In this document: positions 59,322-64,000 of the stretch, piece after piece
Layout of the letters: each line of letters starts with the position of its first letter
Numbering within the stretch: position 1 is the stretch's first letter
NCBI GenBank assembly: GCA_011364925.1
Contig: RDOA01000002.1
Span: forward strand, 64,001 to 128,000
Direction of reading: 5' to 3'
Length of the DNA stretch: 64,000 nucleotides
From: Promethearchaeota archaeon
Lineage (GTDB): Archaea > Asgardarchaeota > Lokiarchaeia > Sigyniarchaeales > SOKP01
Translations under genes and position numbers: made by a program
Notes under the pieces: model-generated
What the model was told of the DNA's origin: nothing
What the model saw: the letters and a program-made list of their open reading frames with translations, nothing else
Databases searched by the model: none

Positions 59322-59804
59322 ATGATAAGAAATCAGCCCAAACCCGAAGAAATTCCTACTTCCAAGGAAGATGAAATTTTTAAGTTATTAACACATCCAA
59401 CACGCCGTAATATCATAAAAGCGTTAGGAGAGCGTGATCTTACCTTTTCAGAAATTCAAAAGAATCTAGAAATTGATAGTCCAACTCTTTCCTATCATCT
59501 TAAAAGTATGAACGCATTTGTAATTCAAAAAAAATCTAAATATTCCTTTTCAGAGATTGGAAGAGCTGCATTGTTTCTCCTTACAAAGACAGATCAATCG
59601 ATAAAGATGTCCAGATACAGAAGATATTTTTTGTACGTATACATCGTGAGTTATGCTTGTTGGGTAATTACTGGGGTTATTACTCCTATTATAATGTTAT
59701 TCTACTCAATCGGTCTTTCAATATTTATTTTTGAGATTGCTCTAAATGTTATAGCTGTGGTTAACATGTCTGTGATCGGATTCTTAAAAAGTCGGTATAT
59801 TTGA
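59322..59804 (+). CDS. ArsR-type wHTH regulator with two C-terminal TM helices (tandem paralog)
   Basis: HTH nearly identical to 58702-59196. ATG 59322 aligns with the paralog's N-terminus; the ORF track starts at 59253. Confidence 0.85.
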   Translation: MIRNQPKPEEIPTSKEDEIFKLLTHPTRRNIIKALGERDLTFSEIQKNLEIDSPTLSYHLKSMNAFVIQKKSKYSFSEIGRAALFLLTKTDQSIKMSRYRRYFLYVYIVSYACWVITGVITPIIMLFYSIGLSIFIFEIALNVIAVVNMSVIGFLKSRYI

Positions 59805-59883
59805 AATATACTTCAACTCGAACTATTTGAAAAAATAAAAAAAATATAAAACTTGAATTTTATTAATTTATTAAAAACCTAAG

Positions 59884-62103
<2,220 letters not shown>

Positions 62104-62162
62104 TTAACAAAATAAATTTGTTGCATTATCAATACAAGAATGTCGAGTATATATTTGATTAC

Positions 62163-62208
62163 ATAATGATTTATTATACAAGAATCATTCTTATATAGTA
62201 ACTACTAT
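62163..62208. promoter_or_regulatory. Candidate Fur/PerR boxes
   Basis: Three adjacent palindromes between divergent katG and the Fur-family gene: ATAAT-GATTT-ATTAT, AAGAAT-C-ATTCTT and ATAGTA-AC-TACTAT. Confidence 0.5.
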
Positions 62209-62299
62209 CAAATTGTAACCATTATTAATATAACTTTTGATTTAAGTTCATAAATTTTAAAATTGTATGCTTACGCAATATAACTACTTGGTGGTTTAA

Positions 62300-62713
62300 T
62301 TGGATACTCAATATTTGATAGAATTCCTTAGAGAAAAGGGGCTAAAGGTAACTTCTCAACGATTAGCTATATTTAACTTTATCCTATCTCGAAAAGATCA
62401 TCCTACTGCTGAGCAAATATATCAAAAAATTCGAGGTGAATATCCAACGATAAGTTTGGGAACGGTATACAAAAATCTCCATCTATTAAAAGAAATAGGA
62501 TTAATTCAAGAGCTTGGTTTCGACGAGGGAAGTGTTAGGTACGATCCCGATATGGATCTCCATGTAAACATGGTATGTACTAATTGCGGAAAAATAACTG
62601 ATTATAAGACTGATAAAGTTGAGAAATTATGGAATGCTTTAATATCTGACATTGGAATTAAACCCAAAGGACATCGTATAGATTTATACTACGAATGTGA
62701 TGATTGTAAATAA
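62300..62713 (+). CDS. Fur family regulator, PerR-like
   Basis: GLKVTSQR, HPTAE, SLGTVYKNL, CTNCG and CDDC. Divergent from katG. Confidence 0.9.
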   Translation: MDTQYLIEFLREKGLKVTSQRLAIFNFILSRKDHPTAEQIYQKIRGEYPTISLGTVYKNLHLLKEIGLIQELGFDEGSVRYDPDMDLHVNMVCTNCGKITDYKTDKVEKLWNALISDIGIKPKGHRIDLYYECDDCK

Positions 62714-62816
62714 TATAAATCTGAACAAAATCTTCGACCCTTTTTCAAAATTTTAATTAGAATCAAAGATTCTCCTTATTAAATTTTCATTTAATTACCA
62801 TCAAAAGAGATTTGAA

Positions 62817-64000
62817 ATGCAAGAAAAAATAATTAAAGACGAAATTCTGGAAAAGATCACATTGGAGAATGTTTTTAAGATTTTTAACGACAATGTTTTC
62901 CCAATGTTAAACGACGAAGAAATAGCATTTTGTGACGAACTCCAAAAATTTTGTTTGGATTTACACCCAAAAATCGACAAATCGAAAGATGTTTACGAAC
63001 TGTTTCCCGAGCTAGGGAAACACGGTTATTTACAAAGAATCAATAAATGGAAGGATTTTACTCCATATGGTATGAAAAAAGAAATCCTAATGGGGACACA
63101 CCTCTCTTTACTTGATCCCCAATTAGAACTAGCAAGGTTGGCAAGTGGAATTCTATGCGGAAATCCAACGTTCCATTACTACGAGCATGGAGGAACAAGC
63201 GATACAATCCTAAAGGTTCAAGATGAATTAATGTCGGGTCAGAAAATTGGATGTATTGGAATTACCGAACCTGAAAGAGGTTCTGATGCGGTTAATCTAA
63301 CAACTGTAGCAACAAAAGATGGAGATAATGTGATATATAATGGGGAAAAGGTTTACACTACGAACGGTCCAAAAGCAGACTATTTCTGTGCTTACGGGGT
63401 ATACGATACAAATAATCCACGCGATACGATGGTACAAGCAATGATTAAACGCGAATTCGGCGTAAGAACTGAAAGGTTAAAAATCAATTCAGTCCCGCGA
63501 GTACACATTGCCCACACCATTTTTGAAAACACAAAAATTCCTAAAAGTTATATTTTAGCCGACGACGGGCTAGGTTATAAGCGATTGTTTGAGGGATTAG
63601 TACCGGAGCGTCTAGGAATAATGGGATCTGGTATTGGTATCTGTTGGTCTGGATTGATATATGGGATTCTTTACACTAATCTCAGAAAACAATTTGGCAA
63701 ACCAGTAATTAGATATCAAGGAGTTGGTTATGGATTAGCAGATTTACTTACAAAATCTACCGCTGCAACAAGCTTAGCTCTTCAAGCTGCGACAATTTAC
63801 GATGATAAAATCCTTTTTGCCGAGACACCTTCGAAAGAGGCTGAAAAGTGGTGTGCCGGTATCTCATCACAAGGAAAATATTATACTGCTAAACTTACAC
63901 ACGAGATCTGTTATGAGGTTCAACAGCATATGGGTGGAGTTAGTGTAACAGATAATACTCCGGTAGATGAGCTAACTGATGTAAGCAAGATCGAAGAAGT
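62817..64000 (+). CDS. Acyl-CoA dehydrogenase (3' truncated by window edge; absent from ORF track)
   Basis: ATG 62817. Translates KIGCIGITEPERGSDA, YNGEKVYTTNGPKADY, RKQFGKPV and QQHMGG. Confidence 0.9.
   Translation, partial: MQEKIIKDEILEKITLENVFKIFNDNVFPMLNDEEIAFCDELQKFCLDLHPKIDKSKDVYELFPELGKHGYLQRINKWKDFTPYGMKKEILMGTHLSLLDPQLELARLASGILCGNPTFHYYEHGGTSDTILKVQDELMSGQKIGCIGITEPERGSDAVNLTTVATKDGDNVIYNGEKVYTTNGPKADYFCAYGVYDTNNPRDTMVQAMIKREFGVRTERLKINSVPRVHIAHTIFENTKIPKSYILADDGLGYKRLFEGLVPERLGIMGSGIGICWSGLIYGILYTNLRKQFGKPVIRYQGVGYGLADLLTKSTAATSLALQAATIYDDKILFAETPSKEAEKWCAGISSQGKYYTAKLTHEICYEVQQHMGGVSVTDNTPVDELTDVSKIEE

Overview
AT-rich archaeal DNA, very probably from an Asgard archaeon (Lokiarchaeia-like). 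The basis is four Rab-like small GTPases, two longin-GTPase fusions, a PUA/DUF1947 protein, Lokiarchaeia-type hypothetical families, and archaeal GGTGA/GGAG ribosome-binding sites and TATA boxes. No rRNA, tRNA, CRISPR array or transposase was recognised. The most striking part is a ~21 kb minus-strand lipid locus (5926-27289). It encodes three complete sets of the components of anaerobic plasmalogen/ether-lipid synthases of the PlsA/PlsR-Ger type: an ASKHA [4Fe-4S] activase, a DUF2229 subunit and a GPCRxG reductase subunit. It also encodes a tandem two-domain PlsC acyltransferase, a catalytically degenerate PlsC, a HAD phosphatase, and an unusual fusion of a DHCR24/TmsA-like FAD reductase to a DUF2229 subunit. 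Three transcription units of this locus share a 27-bp promoter element. One unit carries a duplicate of its neighbour's promoter and first codons, which survives as a uORF overlapping the next start codon. Other content: a non-pyrrolysine MttB/corrinoid/homocysteine methyltransferase trio; a duplicated longin-GTPase/Rab cluster with altered nucleotide-binding motifs; tryptophanase; phosphohexomutase; GH127; acetoacetate-CoA ligase; a Zn/Mn ABC transporter with a DtxR regulator; several gene relics; an ABC exporter with tandem membrane-anchored ArsR regulators; katG with a PerR/Fur regulator; and a truncated acyl-CoA dehydrogenase. All family calls come from motif recognition by eye; no database searches were run.
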